Shown here: positions 9,161 through 18,625 of the stretch, one piece after another
How the letters are laid out: each line of letters begins with the position of its first letter
Numbering within the stretch: the first letter of the stretch is position 1
Source of the DNA: an uncultured Bacteroides sp.
Lineage (GTDB): Bacteria > Bacillota > Clostridia > Christensenellales > CAG-917
NCBI GenBank assembly: GCA_964644355.1
Contig: CAZXUW010000001.1
Span: 106,060-170,059 of the forward strand
Direction of reading: 5' to 3'
DNA: 64,000 nucleotides
The notes under the pieces: generated by a model
The model's database searches: none
What the model saw: the letters and a program-made list of their open reading frames with translations, nothing else
Told to the model about the DNA's origin: nothing
Made by a program: the position numbers and the translations under genes

Positions 9161-11152
9161 ATGAATAGGTATAAAATTACGTTTAGAACGAGTTGGGTGT
9201 CAAAACATTGCAAAGACGACGTTTTGCCGTCAACCAAGCTCAAAAATGAAATTATTGACGGAAATAAAATCAAATATTATGACGATGGTTTGCTTATGCT
9301 TATCGTCGATTGTCAAGATAGTGACATCAAAAGCTTTTCCGACTTTGTTTTCCACACGCTCATTGATCTATACCCCGACGATGATGACGTTATGTTTGCG
9401 TTTGATATTCAGGATATGGGCAACACGCCTCCCTTTGACGATGGGGATAAGCGATCCGTGAGAAAGGATCTTATCAATGCCAAAAGATTGGAGACAACCA
9501 TGAAAGCGGTGTCCGAACTTGTCGGAGCGGATGAATTCAAGAAGCTTGCCGATGAGATTTGCATGATTGCACCCAAGCTTATCGAGCGAGAAAATCAAGA
9601 GATTTTCAAATATAGAAGCTATCTGTTCTCTGTGGGTGAGGGCATGGGAATGTCCACATATGCAAAGCTTTTGGGCTTGGTGGCAGGACATTCCGGGCTT
9701 GTACGCATTGACGAGAGAATGACTGTTCTCGAGAAAAAAATCGGCTTGCCGAAGGATTCAAGAAATCCCGATCTTGCGTATGAGGAGGTTGAGTCACTGT
9801 TCACCGATTGTGATTTGACACACGTCAAAATTGCCCTCATAGACATAAGTGAGATCATTGACAAGGTCACGTCAGAAAGATTCAAATCCTTCCTCAAAAC
9901 CGTGCTTGAATTCAGCGAAGAATATATTTTCATATTTAGAATTCCATACGTTGAAAAAGACGTGCTTGAGAGTGTAAAGTCGGCACTGGGAGATATTTTG
10001 AATATAAGGGCGGTGTCCATTCCTCCGCTTGGCAATGACGATATAAGACTTGTTGCAAGGCGAGAGCTTGAAAAATACAACTTCAAATACACGCCAAACT
10101 CCATGAATTATTTTATGCAACGCATAATCGAGGAAAAGAGTGACGGCACGTTTTACGGCTTCAACACAGTGAAAAAAGTTGTGCGAGAACTGGTGTATGA
10201 AAAGGAGTTGTCCGTTGCACGGTATGCAAACAAACCCAATGCCAAAATAACGCCGGAGTCATACGTTATATCCACAAACGATGCAAGAGCATTGTGTGCT
10301 CAAGCGGATTTTGCAAGACATGGATATGAACAGCTTGACGAACTTGTCGGGTGCGATGGAATCAAAAAGCAGATAAAGCAGGTGATCGCACAGATTAGAC
10401 TTGCACGCAAAGAGGGGATTGAAATCCCTTGCATGCACATGCGTTTTGTGGGCAATCCCGGCACGGGCAAGACGACGGTGGCACGCATTCTTGGCAGAAT
10501 AATGAAAGAAGAAGGCTTGCTTCGTATAGGCAATTTTTATGAGCATACAGGGCGTGAATTGTGCGGAATTTATATAGGCGAAACGGCACCAAAAACCACC
10601 TCGATTTGCCGTGATGCTTATGGCTCCGTGCTCTTTATCGACGAGGCATACACTCTATATAGAGCCAACGACCCCGGAAGCCGTGATTTTGGCAGAGAGG
10701 CAATAGACACGCTTGTTGGCGAGATGGAAAATCATAGAGATGACCTTATCGTCATTCTTGCAGGCTACACAGACGATATGGAAAGATTGCTTGATAGCAA
10801 CTTCGGTCTCAAAGCAAGAGTGCCTTATACAATCGAATTTCCAAATTTCACAAGGGAGCAGTTGTTTGAGATGTTCAGGCGTTTGCTCAATGGAAAATTT
10901 GCGTATGACGAGGAGCTTTGCGACGTTGCACGTGATTATTTTGCAAATTTGTCCGACGAAATATACGGAGCAAAAGAGTTCGGCAACGGGCGTTTTGTGA
11001 GAAATCTGTTTGAACGCACCTGGGCAAAGGCAGCGTTGAGATGTGAGCTTGAAAAGAGTGAAGTGCGTCTTGCAAAAGAGGATTTTGAAAACGCAATCGC
11101 AGATAAAGAATTTTCATACGATTCATCAAAAATATCCAAAATGGGCTTTTAA
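9161..11152 (+). CDS. Double-AAA+ ATPase of the SpoVK/CbbX/EccA clade: a degenerate N-terminal module plus an intact C-terminal module
   Basis: The C-terminal module has Walker A GNPGTGKTTVARILG, Walker B VLFIDEAY, and the clade hallmark FGNGRFVRNLFERT. The upstream module has SVGEGMGMST where Walker A would sit. I chose the ATG at 9161 (MNRYKI), which follows a GGGAG. Confidence 0.8.
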   Translation: MNRYKITFRTSWVSKHCKDDVLPSTKLKNEIIDGNKIKYYDDGLLMLIVDCQDSDIKSFSDFVFHTLIDLYPDDDDVMFAFDIQDMGNTPPFDDGDKRSVRKDLINAKRLETTMKAVSELVGADEFKKLADEICMIAPKLIERENQEIFKYRSYLFSVGEGMGMSTYAKLLGLVAGHSGLVRIDERMTVLEKKIGLPKDSRNPDLAYEEVESLFTDCDLTHVKIALIDISEIIDKVTSERFKSFLKTVLEFSEEYIFIFRIPYVEKDVLESVKSALGDILNIRAVSIPPLGNDDIRLVARRELEKYNFKYTPNSMNYFMQRIIEEKSDGTFYGFNTVKKVVRELVYEKELSVARYANKPNAKITPESYVISTNDARALCAQADFARHGYEQLDELVGCDGIKKQIKQVIAQIRLARKEGIEIPCMHMRFVGNPGTGKTTVARILGRIMKEEGLLRIGNFYEHTGRELCGIYIGETAPKTTSICRDAYGSVLFIDEAYTLYRANDPGSRDFGREAIDTLVGEMENHRDDLIVILAGYTDDMERLLDSNFGLKARVPYTIEFPNFTREQLFEMFRRLLNGKFAYDEELCDVARDYFANLSDEIYGAKEFGNGRFVRNLFERTWAKAALRCELEKSEVRLAKEDFENAIADKEFSYDSSKISKMGF

Positions 11153-11484
11153 TCAACGCAAAACGAAATATAAAGTGCCGAATATGAAATTTGATTTTCA
11201 TTTATTCAGCACTTGAAAGACAACTTATTTCTATGTGTTGCGTTTTAATAAGGTATAAAATCAGCGGAATATTGCTTGCACAAAAAGTGCAGGCAATATT
11301 TGTTTATTTGCTTTTTTACCATCGCAAATATTGCGAAGTGTCAATTTTGTTATTGAAAAGCAATCAAACATAGTGTATACTATTCTTTAGACTGTGCATA
11401 CATCCGTGTGTATGGTGTAAACAAAGAAAGGAATTGACAGGGATAAACGTCCATAAGTTGGTTAGAATGGAGGAGTGATTTTAT

Positions 11485-13512
11485 ATGAAATTTTCATTGG
11501 AGTTTGATAAAAAATGGCTGTTTACACGCAGGTCGGATTCTGTTTTGCCGGTGAGCAACGTTATATCTTTTTTGAAGTCGATTGAGGGTGTCCGCATAGA
11601 GGATGAGAGCATATATTCTTTGATATTTGAGTATGACGAGAATAAGATTGACACGTACGAGCTCAAAAAGAAAGTGCAAGACTTTTTGGCACAGGCATAC
11701 GACGAGGCGAATTATACGCTTGACGTTGTTGGCGAAATTGCAGAGGATGAAAATGACGAATCCGAAGATATTGACATCGACGACGATGACGACAGTGACG
11801 ATGACGACAGTGACGATGACGACGAGGATATTGATCTTTTTGACGACTTTATCGATGAGGAGGATTACGGTGCGGACAATATTTTGCATAATATGAAAAA
11901 AGAGTTGGTGGGCGCATTTGAGTTTAAGGCTCTCATGCAGGAGATACGCCAAGTCGTTCCGCATATGCAAACAAGAAGAACCTTGCCTGCTTTTGTGGAA
12001 CGTTGTTATTTGTTCTCTATCGGAGACGGCATGGGTATGTCCACTTATGCGGACTATTTGCTCAAACTTCTCAAGTCATTGGACGTTGTAAATTCAACAA
12101 CCAAAGTTAAGGAATACAAATTGAGCATCCCCAGAGATGCCAGAGATGAAGGTGAGATGTTCCGCAGTCTTGAGGAAGCGATCGAATCGGATGAACCGTT
12201 TACAAAAGCGGGCGTTGCGGTGTTGGACATAAGTGCCTATATCGACAAGCTCAACGGTGAAAGATTTAGAAAATTCTTGAGATTTTTGTATAATAGTTCA
12301 AAGAAAAACATCTTTATTTTCAGGATTCCGTACGTTGAGAAAAACATTTTGGAACGTGTCCGCCGTGCGTTGTGCGACTTGTTGGACGTAAAGGTGATTT
12401 CCGTTCCGCCACTTGACAACGGCGAGGTTAAACTCACCGCAAAGAGAGCGTTTGAGGCATATGGCTTCAAGCTCACCTCAAAGGCTTGGGCGGACTTTAT
12501 GCTGCGCATAAGCGAAGAAAAGAGTGACGGCAGATTCTATGGCTTTGACACAATTTTGAAAGTGGTAAACGAGCTTATTTATATCAAAGAGAGCCGAGTT
12601 GCAAAATTGGGCAAAGACAGCCAAGTGATAGGTGCAAACGACACGAAAAATCTTTGTACGCAAAGACAAAGCACAACCGTTGCAATCGAATCTTTGGACT
12701 CACTTGTCGGATGCGACAAGATCAAGGAGCAGATCAATCAAGTGCTTGCACAGATCGAACTTGCCAAAAGACAGGGGGATGAGATGCCTTGCATGCATAT
12801 GCGTTTTGTTGGCAACCCCGGCACGGGCAAGACGACAGTTGCACGTATTTTGGGCAAGATTTTCAAGGAAAAAGGCGTGCTGAAAATCGGTGATTTTTAT
12901 GAGTATCAAGGGCGTGATTTTTGCGGTATATACATCGGTGAAACGGCACCGAAAACCACCGGAATTTGCAGAGATGCATACGGCTCGGTGTTGTTCATAG
13001 ACGAGGCATATTCACTTTTCAAGGGATCGGACAACGGCAGAGATTATGGCAGAGAAGCAATTGACACGCTTATCTCAGAGATGGAAAATCACAGAAGTGA
13101 TTTGATTGTCATCTTTGCAGGCTACACGGACGATATGGACAAGATGTTGGACGGCAATCTCGGTCTCAAGAGCAGAATCCCGTACACCATCGAGTTTCCA
13201 AATTTCACAAGAGATCAACTATACGAGATCTACAAAAAGATGCTTGACGGAAAATTTGCATATGAGGACGCACTTTGCAATGCCGCAAAGGAGTATTTTG
13301 CAAATTTGCCAAGCGAAATATATGATGCAAGAGAATTCGGCAACGGGCGTTTTGTGAGAAATCTGTTTGAACGCACTTGGGCAAAGGCAGCATTGAGATG
13401 CGAGCTTGAAAAGAGAAAGGATATTTGCCTCACTGCAAGAGATTTTGAAAGGGCAATTGCCGACAAAGAGTTCTCGTTTGTACAAAAACAAAAAAATAAA
13501 ATGGGCTTTTAA
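11485..13512 (+). CDS. Paralogous double-AAA+ ATPase (SpoVK/CbbX/EccA clade) with a poly-Asp insertion
   Basis: It has the same architecture as the first paralog (SIGDGMGMST; GNPGTGKTTVARILG; LFIDEAY; GNGRFVRNLFERT). The acidic tract is DIDIDDDDDSDDDDSDDDDEDIDLFDD. GGAGGAG lies upstream of the ATG. Confidence 0.8.
   Translation: MKFSLEFDKKWLFTRRSDSVLPVSNVISFLKSIEGVRIEDESIYSLIFEYDENKIDTYELKKKVQDFLAQAYDEANYTLDVVGEIAEDENDESEDIDIDDDDDSDDDDSDDDDEDIDLFDDFIDEEDYGADNILHNMKKELVGAFEFKALMQEIRQVVPHMQTRRTLPAFVERCYLFSIGDGMGMSTYADYLLKLLKSLDVVNSTTKVKEYKLSIPRDARDEGEMFRSLEEAIESDEPFTKAGVAVLDISAYIDKLNGERFRKFLRFLYNSSKKNIFIFRIPYVEKNILERVRRALCDLLDVKVISVPPLDNGEVKLTAKRAFEAYGFKLTSKAWADFMLRISEEKSDGRFYGFDTILKVVNELIYIKESRVAKLGKDSQVIGANDTKNLCTQRQSTTVAIESLDSLVGCDKIKEQINQVLAQIELAKRQGDEMPCMHMRFVGNPGTGKTTVARILGKIFKEKGVLKIGDFYEYQGRDFCGIYIGETAPKTTGICRDAYGSVLFIDEAYSLFKGSDNGRDYGREAIDTLISEMENHRSDLIVIFAGYTDDMDKMLDGNLGLKSRIPYTIEFPNFTRDQLYEIYKKMLDGKFAYEDALCNAAKEYFANLPSEIYDAREFGNGRFVRNLFERTWAKAALRCELEKRKDICLTARDFERAIADKEFSFVQKQKNKMGF
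11791..11820. repeat. Perfect 15-nt tandem duplication inside the poly-Asp coding tract
   Basis: GACAGTGACGATGAC occurs twice in tandem and encodes DSDDD twice. Confidence 0.85.
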
Positions 13513-13531
13513 TTAAAGGAGGAGACTATTT

Positions 13532-13987
13532 ATGGATGAGCAAGCAAAGAAGGTGTTTGATACCATTTGCGAAATGTTGAACGATATTGATTTTCAATAC
13601 GACAAACACGAGGATGACATGGTGATAACAAGCGGAGCAAAGGGCGATGATATTGCAATGCCTTTCATGATGCGTGTGTCGGGTGACAGACAACTTGTAT
13701 CTTTTTTGTCAATGATACCCATTAAAATCGACAAGAGCGTGGAACAAAATCTTTGCATCGCATTGAGCATTATCAACCTCGGCTTGGTGGAAGGTTGTTT
13801 TACGTATGCTGATGGGAATATTTCTTTCAAGAGTGCCGTAACTTATCGTGGTATGATGGTTGGGAAAAAGATGTTTGAGTTTTGGCTTATGCACGTATTG
13901 ACAATCATCGATGCGTACAATGACAAGCTTAACAAAATCGTTTCAGAGCATATGTCAGTGGATGACATTAGAAAATTTTTGGCTTGA
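13532..13987 (+). CDS. YbjN / type III secretion chaperone-like domain protein (tentative)
   Basis: 151 aa and acidic. The pattern of alternating hydrophobic strands (FQYDKHEDDMVITS..., LVSFLSMIPIKID, INLGLVEGCFTYADGNISFKSA) resembles the YbjN family. AAGGAGGAG lies 7 nt before the ATG. Confidence 0.5.
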   Translation: MDEQAKKVFDTICEMLNDIDFQYDKHEDDMVITSGAKGDDIAMPFMMRVSGDRQLVSFLSMIPIKIDKSVEQNLCIALSIINLGLVEGCFTYADGNISFKSAVTYRGMMVGKKMFEFWLMHVLTIIDAYNDKLNKIVSEHMSVDDIRKFLA

Positions 13988-13999
13988 GGAGGCATGACT

Positions 14000-14479
14000 A
14001 TGGAAAATATGGATTTGAAAGAAGCAAAATATGTTTATGGTCAACTTCGTGAATATTTGGATGGAGCCGGTGTTCATTATGACCGCAACGATGAGGAGAT
14101 GAACGTTTGGTTTGCCATTCGTGGTGAGGATATTAGAATACTCCTTGACATTTTTGTTGATGCAGACGCTCAGATAATTAGACTTGTATCTCCGTTTGAT
14201 GCCAAAATTCCAAGCGAAATGCGTGACGAGGTTGCAATTGCAATAAACAAGCTGAATTTTGGTATTGTGGACGGACATATGGATCTTGACTATGAAACTG
14301 GATATATCGGATTCAATTTGCGTGTCCCGTATAGAGATGCCGTGCTCAGTTCAGACACTTTCATGTATTTGATTGCAGCGACGTGTGAAACAGTGGATGC
14401 TCTCAATGAAAAATTCTTTTTACTTGCAGAGGGCAAAATCACCTGCGAGCAATTGCTCAACGCTGTTTTCAAAAAATAA
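14000..14479 (+). CDS. Second YbjN / chaperone-like domain protein (tentative paralog)
   Basis: It has the same size and pattern (VHYDRNDEEMNVWFAI..., IIRLVSPFDAKIP, NKLNFGIVDGHMDLDYETGYIGFNL). GAGGAGG lies 7 nt before the ATG at 14000; the ATG at 13994 is too close to the RBS. Confidence 0.5.
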   Translation: MENMDLKEAKYVYGQLREYLDGAGVHYDRNDEEMNVWFAIRGEDIRILLDIFVDADAQIIRLVSPFDAKIPSEMRDEVAIAINKLNFGIVDGHMDLDYETGYIGFNLRVPYRDAVLSSDTFMYLIAATCETVDALNEKFFLLAEGKITCEQLLNAVFKK

Positions 14480-14500
14480 CGTACAGAGCAAGTTGAAAAA

Positions 14501-14526
14501 AGCGGAGAGTGTCTCCGCTTTTTTTG
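14501..14526 (+). terminator. Strong rho-independent terminator closing the AAA+/YbjN module
   Basis: Stem AGCGGAG/CTCCGCT followed by 8 T. Confidence 0.85.
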
Positions 14527-14710
14527 TTTTCCGTGCATAGGGTTGATATATGGATATATTATAAATATACAAATGAGTTAGAACTATAAAATATGGCGTG
14601 TGGGCATCTGTGAGAGAGGATTAACAATACAGGTGTATAGAAAAAGCAAGTGGTGTTGGTTTTTTTTGAAAAAACAAAAAGAAATCAAACAAAATATTTG
14701 GTAATTGGTA

Positions 14711-14738
14711 TTGACTTTTCTGTCCGCTGTGGTATATT
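14711..14738 (+). promoter_or_regulatory. Sigma-A-like promoter with extended -10 for the glucan-uptake locus
   Basis: TTGACT (14711-14716), 16-nt spacer, TGgTATATT (14730-14738). Confidence 0.6.
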
Positions 14739-14746
14739 ATATTTTA

Positions 14747-14760
14747 GTAAATCGATTTAC
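14747..14760. promoter_or_regulatory. Perfect 14-bp palindrome; candidate LacI-family operator
   Basis: GTAAATCGATTTAC is its own reverse complement. It lies 9 nt downstream of the -10 element, and a LacI-family gene sits in the locus. Confidence 0.55.
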
Positions 14761-14793
14761 CAACGTCGATTTTACAAAATTTCGGGGGTTATT

Positions 14794-16020
14794 ATGAAGA
14801 AAAAACTTTCGTTTATTGGTCTTATTTTAGCAGTATGTTTGCTTGTTTGCGTTATGTCAAGCGTGCTTGTTGCTTGCGGAGAGGAAGAAGATGCAGGACA
14901 AGTGCTTACAATTTGGGCACCGCAAGAGGAGCAAGCCAATCTTCCCAAGATGATTGAAGCATTCAAAGAGGAATATCCTGAATATGCCGACATCAAATTC
15001 TCCTTCAAAGTGATGAGTGTTGACAATTCAATCACGGAAATTCAAAAAGACAACGAAGCTGCGGCAGACGTATTTTTGTTCCCGTCAGGCGGTATCACAG
15101 AGTTGACAAGTGCAGGTCTTATCCTTCCGCTCAACATCAAGAAAGAGGAGCTTGACAGCCTTTACACAGAAAACGCAGTTGAATCATCCATGCTTGACGG
15201 CAAAGTATATGCAGTGCCTGTCACGCTCAACACGTTCATCATGTACTACAACGCACAGTTCTACACAGAGGACGAGGTGAAGTCACTTGACACAATGATG
15301 AGCAAGGATTTGGGCAAAGACGTTGACAACTTCTCAATCACAATCAACGACTCTTGGTATTTGTCCACGTTCTTCCTTACAGAGGAAGATGCATTGACGG
15401 CACCCACAAGAACGACGATTGCTTGCAATTTCAACAACGGACACGGCTACAAAGTTGGCGAATACTTGATTGACCTTGTGAAGAATGAGAGATTCTTTGC
15501 GGCAGACGGAAGCGGTTCTGACGGCAATGCTTTGAGAAACAAGAAGCTCGCAGCACTTTGTTCGGGCACTTGGAGTGCAAAAGACATCGCAAGCTATCTT
15601 GGCGAAGATTATCGTGCAGTTGCTTTGCCAAAGGTTACGATTGACGGCAAAGAGTGCGACATGGCAAACTTTGGCGACTACAAAGCCTATGGCGTGAACA
15701 GTGCAACAAAAGATCCGAAACTTGCAACGTTGGTTGCAAAGTGGCTTGGCAACGCAACGTGCCAATCCATGAGATATGATGCAAACGGTGACGCACCCAC
15801 AATCAAAGCTTTGTTGGGATTGCAAAAAGTTCAATCAGACAAGGCGGTTATGGCTGCACTCACACAAGAGGCAGTATGCACCATCCAACCCAAGACTTCA
15901 AAACTCACGGGATATTGGGATGCAGTGAAGGCATTTGGTGAAGAATTGCTTGTTGGAAGCATCACGTCCGCAAATCTTCAAATCAAACTCGACCAAATGG
16001 TCAATAGTATAGTGAAATGA
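14794..16020 (+). CDS. ABC transporter substrate-binding lipoprotein (MalE/maltodextrin-binding-like)
   Basis: The signal peptide and lipobox are MKKKLSFIGLILAVCLLVCVMSSVLVAC. The body matches the type-1 sugar SBP pattern (LTIWAPQEE..., DVFLFPSGG, GTWSAKD). The 48-codon upstream extension in the ORF track was rejected. Confidence 0.85.
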   Translation: MKKKLSFIGLILAVCLLVCVMSSVLVACGEEEDAGQVLTIWAPQEEQANLPKMIEAFKEEYPEYADIKFSFKVMSVDNSITEIQKDNEAAADVFLFPSGGITELTSAGLILPLNIKKEELDSLYTENAVESSMLDGKVYAVPVTLNTFIMYYNAQFYTEDEVKSLDTMMSKDLGKDVDNFSITINDSWYLSTFFLTEEDALTAPTRTTIACNFNNGHGYKVGEYLIDLVKNERFFAADGSGSDGNALRNKKLAALCSGTWSAKDIASYLGEDYRAVALPKVTIDGKECDMANFGDYKAYGVNSATKDPKLATLVAKWLGNATCQSMRYDANGDAPTIKALLGLQKVQSDKAVMAALTQEAVCTIQPKTSKLTGYWDAVKAFGEELLVGSITSANLQIKLDQMVNSIVK

Positions 16021-16033
16021 ATCACCCCTTGAT

Positions 16034-16069
16034 AAATGCTAGCCGATGCAACTGCGTCGGCTGGCATTT
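16034..16069 (+). promoter_or_regulatory. Long intercistronic stem-loop after the SBP gene
   Basis: AAATGC-T-AGCCGATGC / GCGTCGGCT-G-GCATTT with one G-U pair and no clean T-run. It could stabilise the mRNA or partly terminate transcription, giving differential SBP expression. Confidence 0.45.
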
Positions 16070-16150
16070 ATACCTTTTGGTGGAAAGAACAAAACAAAAA
16101 CTCCGTCAAAGCAATTTGACAAAAAACATAAAAAAACCGGAGGAAAGAAT

Positions 16151-18463
16151 ATGAAAAAACAATTGGCAATTATTCTGGCAATTTTGTTGATTGCATCCGT
16201 CGTATTTGTCGCATGCGACAATGCTACACCAGAGCATCAACACACTTGGTCAGAAGATTGGAGTGGCAATGCCGATCAACATTGGCATGATTGCACGGCA
16301 GAGGATTGCTCTGAGAAAAAGGATCTCGGCAATCACACGGATTCTGGCAATACAGGCGTATGTAGCGTTTGTGGTTGCACGTTGTCAAGCACACCTACAC
16401 CTCAACCGCAAGATTCTGTCACGTTGTATTTCTACAATGCAGAGGGTTGGCAAGACGTGTATGCTTATACGTACAACGTTGCCAATGAAGAGCTTCTTGG
16501 AACATGGCCCGGCACAAAAACAACTCAAGACAGCCGTGAAGGTTGGGTGAAGATTGACGTTGAAGCAAATCCCGCAACGGATGCTTTCAACATTATTTTC
16601 AACGACGGTGCTTCAAATCAAACAACAGACCTTGTGATTGACGATGCTCAAAACGTATACCTCATCGGCAAGGCAGACGGCACTTATGCAAGCTATGCAG
16701 AGGCAGAAACTGCTGCATCTCAAAAGCCGGCAACGAGTATTGTGGCATCCGTACATTTGCACAAGCCATCCACGTGGAGCGAAGACGGTATCATCGCATA
16801 TATTTGGGGTAAAAGAGAAGTCCTTGGCGGTTGGGGAACAACCAAAATGACAGCAGGTGATAATGGTTGGTATAGCGTTTCCATCAATATGACCGATGAA
16901 GTGATTTCAAACGAATATCACCTTATTCTTTCTGATGAATCAGATACGACAGAAGCCTTGAGAGTCAACATTGATATAAACTATGCTGGTGAGAATATTG
17001 AACTTTGGATTGCACAAGACGGTCATATATTTAGCTCCAAAGCAGAAGTTGAACAATATGAATCTCTCGATAAGGATGAATACACGATTGCTTATTATGC
17101 TCCGGATTGGCCGGCAGGACAAGACGTGTATCTCTACACATACAATGGAACACTTGGTGAGATTGGCGCCTACAACGCAAATAAGATGCAAGCAGTTGAG
17201 AATAAAACCGGTTGGTATAGCGTAAGCTTTGAAAATGCAACTGCGGTGACGTCATTCAGCGTTATATTCCATGCAACAGATGAAGCCATTGTTAAACACG
17301 AGTTCTATGTTGAAAACCTCACAGGCAATGCATTCTACTTCATCGCAAACGGCAACAATGCATATACAACCGAAGCTGAAGCAGTGACGGCATACAATGC
17401 AAACAAGGCACTTGCCGACACAAATGAAATCGACGTCGTTTTCCACCTCTATGCTCCGGATTGGACAGAAGTTGGCGTTCACGCTTGGAATGGTTACGTG
17501 ACAGGCGAGTGGGGCTCAGCTACAATGACTGCCGATGCAGAAAACACGGGTTGGTGGACATACAGCTTCAAAGTGGCAGAAGGTGAGCTTACCGGCAAAG
17601 GTATCAACATTATCTTCTTTGACAAGATAAACGATACTCAAGATCACCCAGTTAGAATCACAACATACACCAATGATGCAAGCTATGTTTTCTTCAATGC
17701 AAACAAAGCAGATGACAACAAGTTCACATCCATGGCAGACGCTCTTGCAACCGAAGGTGGCTCATCGGATCCGGTTGATCCGGACGAGGATGATGCAATC
17801 AACGTTGTTGTAAATCTTCACAAAAATCCGGATTGGAGCGATGCAGATATCATCGCATACATTCATGGCGAAAGAGAAGTTCTTGGCGGTTGGGGAACAA
17901 CCAAAATGACCGCCGGTGAAGATGGTTGGTACAGCGTTACAATCAACATGAAAGGCGAGACAATTTCAAACAACTATCACCTTATTCTTGCAGACGAATC
18001 GGATAAAACGGAAAAAATAAGAGTTCTTTTCGATATAAATTACACGGGTGAAGCAAACACACTTTGGCTTGCAAAGGACGGACAAGCGTTCGCAAGCAAA
18101 GAACTTGCTCTTGCTCATGAAGAACAACTTGCAAATATTACGACTTATAACTACAGAATTTGGTTGTATGCTCCCGATAAAGACGTTGTGAAAATCCACA
18201 TGTACTATCGCAAAACAGAAGCAACGAGTGATACGGCTGCTGGAACGGCTTGGGGCGCATCACAAATGACCAAAGAAGATGGCGACACAGGTTGGTTCTA
18301 TTATGATTTGAACGACTGGACAGAAGATATATTCAGCGTAAGTAGCGGTTTGAATGTTATGTTTATGGCTGAGAATAACGATACCATGTTCACTGGTTGG
18401 ACAACAGCTAGCGACTATCTCTACTTCACGTTGTCAACTCAAGGTGTAGCCAATTCAAAATAA
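16151..18463 (+). CDS. Cell-surface lipoprotein with multiple starch-binding-like (CBM25/26/41-type) beta-sandwich modules
   Basis: The lipobox is LLIASVVFVAC. Several modules follow the pattern VTLYFYN..GWQDVYAYTY...GTWPGTKTT...GW..IDV...FNIIFNDG. Two near-duplicate modules (about 16740-17065 and about 17800-18125) share IIAYI.G.REVLGGWGTTKMTAG.(D/E)GWYSV.INM. Confidence 0.75.
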   Translation: MKKQLAIILAILLIASVVFVACDNATPEHQHTWSEDWSGNADQHWHDCTAEDCSEKKDLGNHTDSGNTGVCSVCGCTLSSTPTPQPQDSVTLYFYNAEGWQDVYAYTYNVANEELLGTWPGTKTTQDSREGWVKIDVEANPATDAFNIIFNDGASNQTTDLVIDDAQNVYLIGKADGTYASYAEAETAASQKPATSIVASVHLHKPSTWSEDGIIAYIWGKREVLGGWGTTKMTAGDNGWYSVSINMTDEVISNEYHLILSDESDTTEALRVNIDINYAGENIELWIAQDGHIFSSKAEVEQYESLDKDEYTIAYYAPDWPAGQDVYLYTYNGTLGEIGAYNANKMQAVENKTGWYSVSFENATAVTSFSVIFHATDEAIVKHEFYVENLTGNAFYFIANGNNAYTTEAEAVTAYNANKALADTNEIDVVFHLYAPDWTEVGVHAWNGYVTGEWGSATMTADAENTGWWTYSFKVAEGELTGKGINIIFFDKINDTQDHPVRITTYTNDASYVFFNANKADDNKFTSMADALATEGGSSDPVDPDEDDAINVVVNLHKNPDWSDADIIAYIHGEREVLGGWGTTKMTAGEDGWYSVTINMKGETISNNYHLILADESDKTEKIRVLFDINYTGEANTLWLAKDGQAFASKELALAHEEQLANITTYNYRIWLYAPDKDVVKIHMYYRKTEATSDTAAGTAWGASQMTKEDGDTGWFYYDLNDWTEDIFSVSSGLNVMFMAENNDTMFTGWTTASDYLYFTLSTQGVANSK

Positions 18464-18625
18464 TTAGGTACGCTCACACTTGCAAGAGATAGTAGCGTTG
18501 TGGTATTCTAAAAAGAACTACAATGCATGGAAAATGCCATTTTTGATTGATGGCAGATGCTCTTGCTGAGTAAGTAAGCAAAAAGGAGTGAGGGGCACTT
18601 CTTTGAAGTGTCCCTCTCGAAAAAA

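Noticed and set aside
14650-14793. N-terminal extensions proposed by the ORF track for several genes (14650, 16046, 26778, 34051, 36780-37268, 38891, 43850, 45516-45992, 56391, 59439, 60949).
   Set aside because: In each case an internal ATG or GTG sits behind a GGAGG-like site and yields the canonical N-terminus (a lipoprotein signal, MKVILLKDV for L9, [10 protein letters not shown] for rubrerythrin, and so on). The extensions run through promoters, terminators or the preceding gene.
18590-18616. A 12-bp hairpin (GAGGGGCACTTC/GAAGTGTCCCTC) before the LacI gene, considered as a terminator of the upstream lipoprotein gene.
   Set aside because: No T-run follows on the plus strand. It may still affect lacI-family gene translation or mRNA stability, but I cannot support a specific call.
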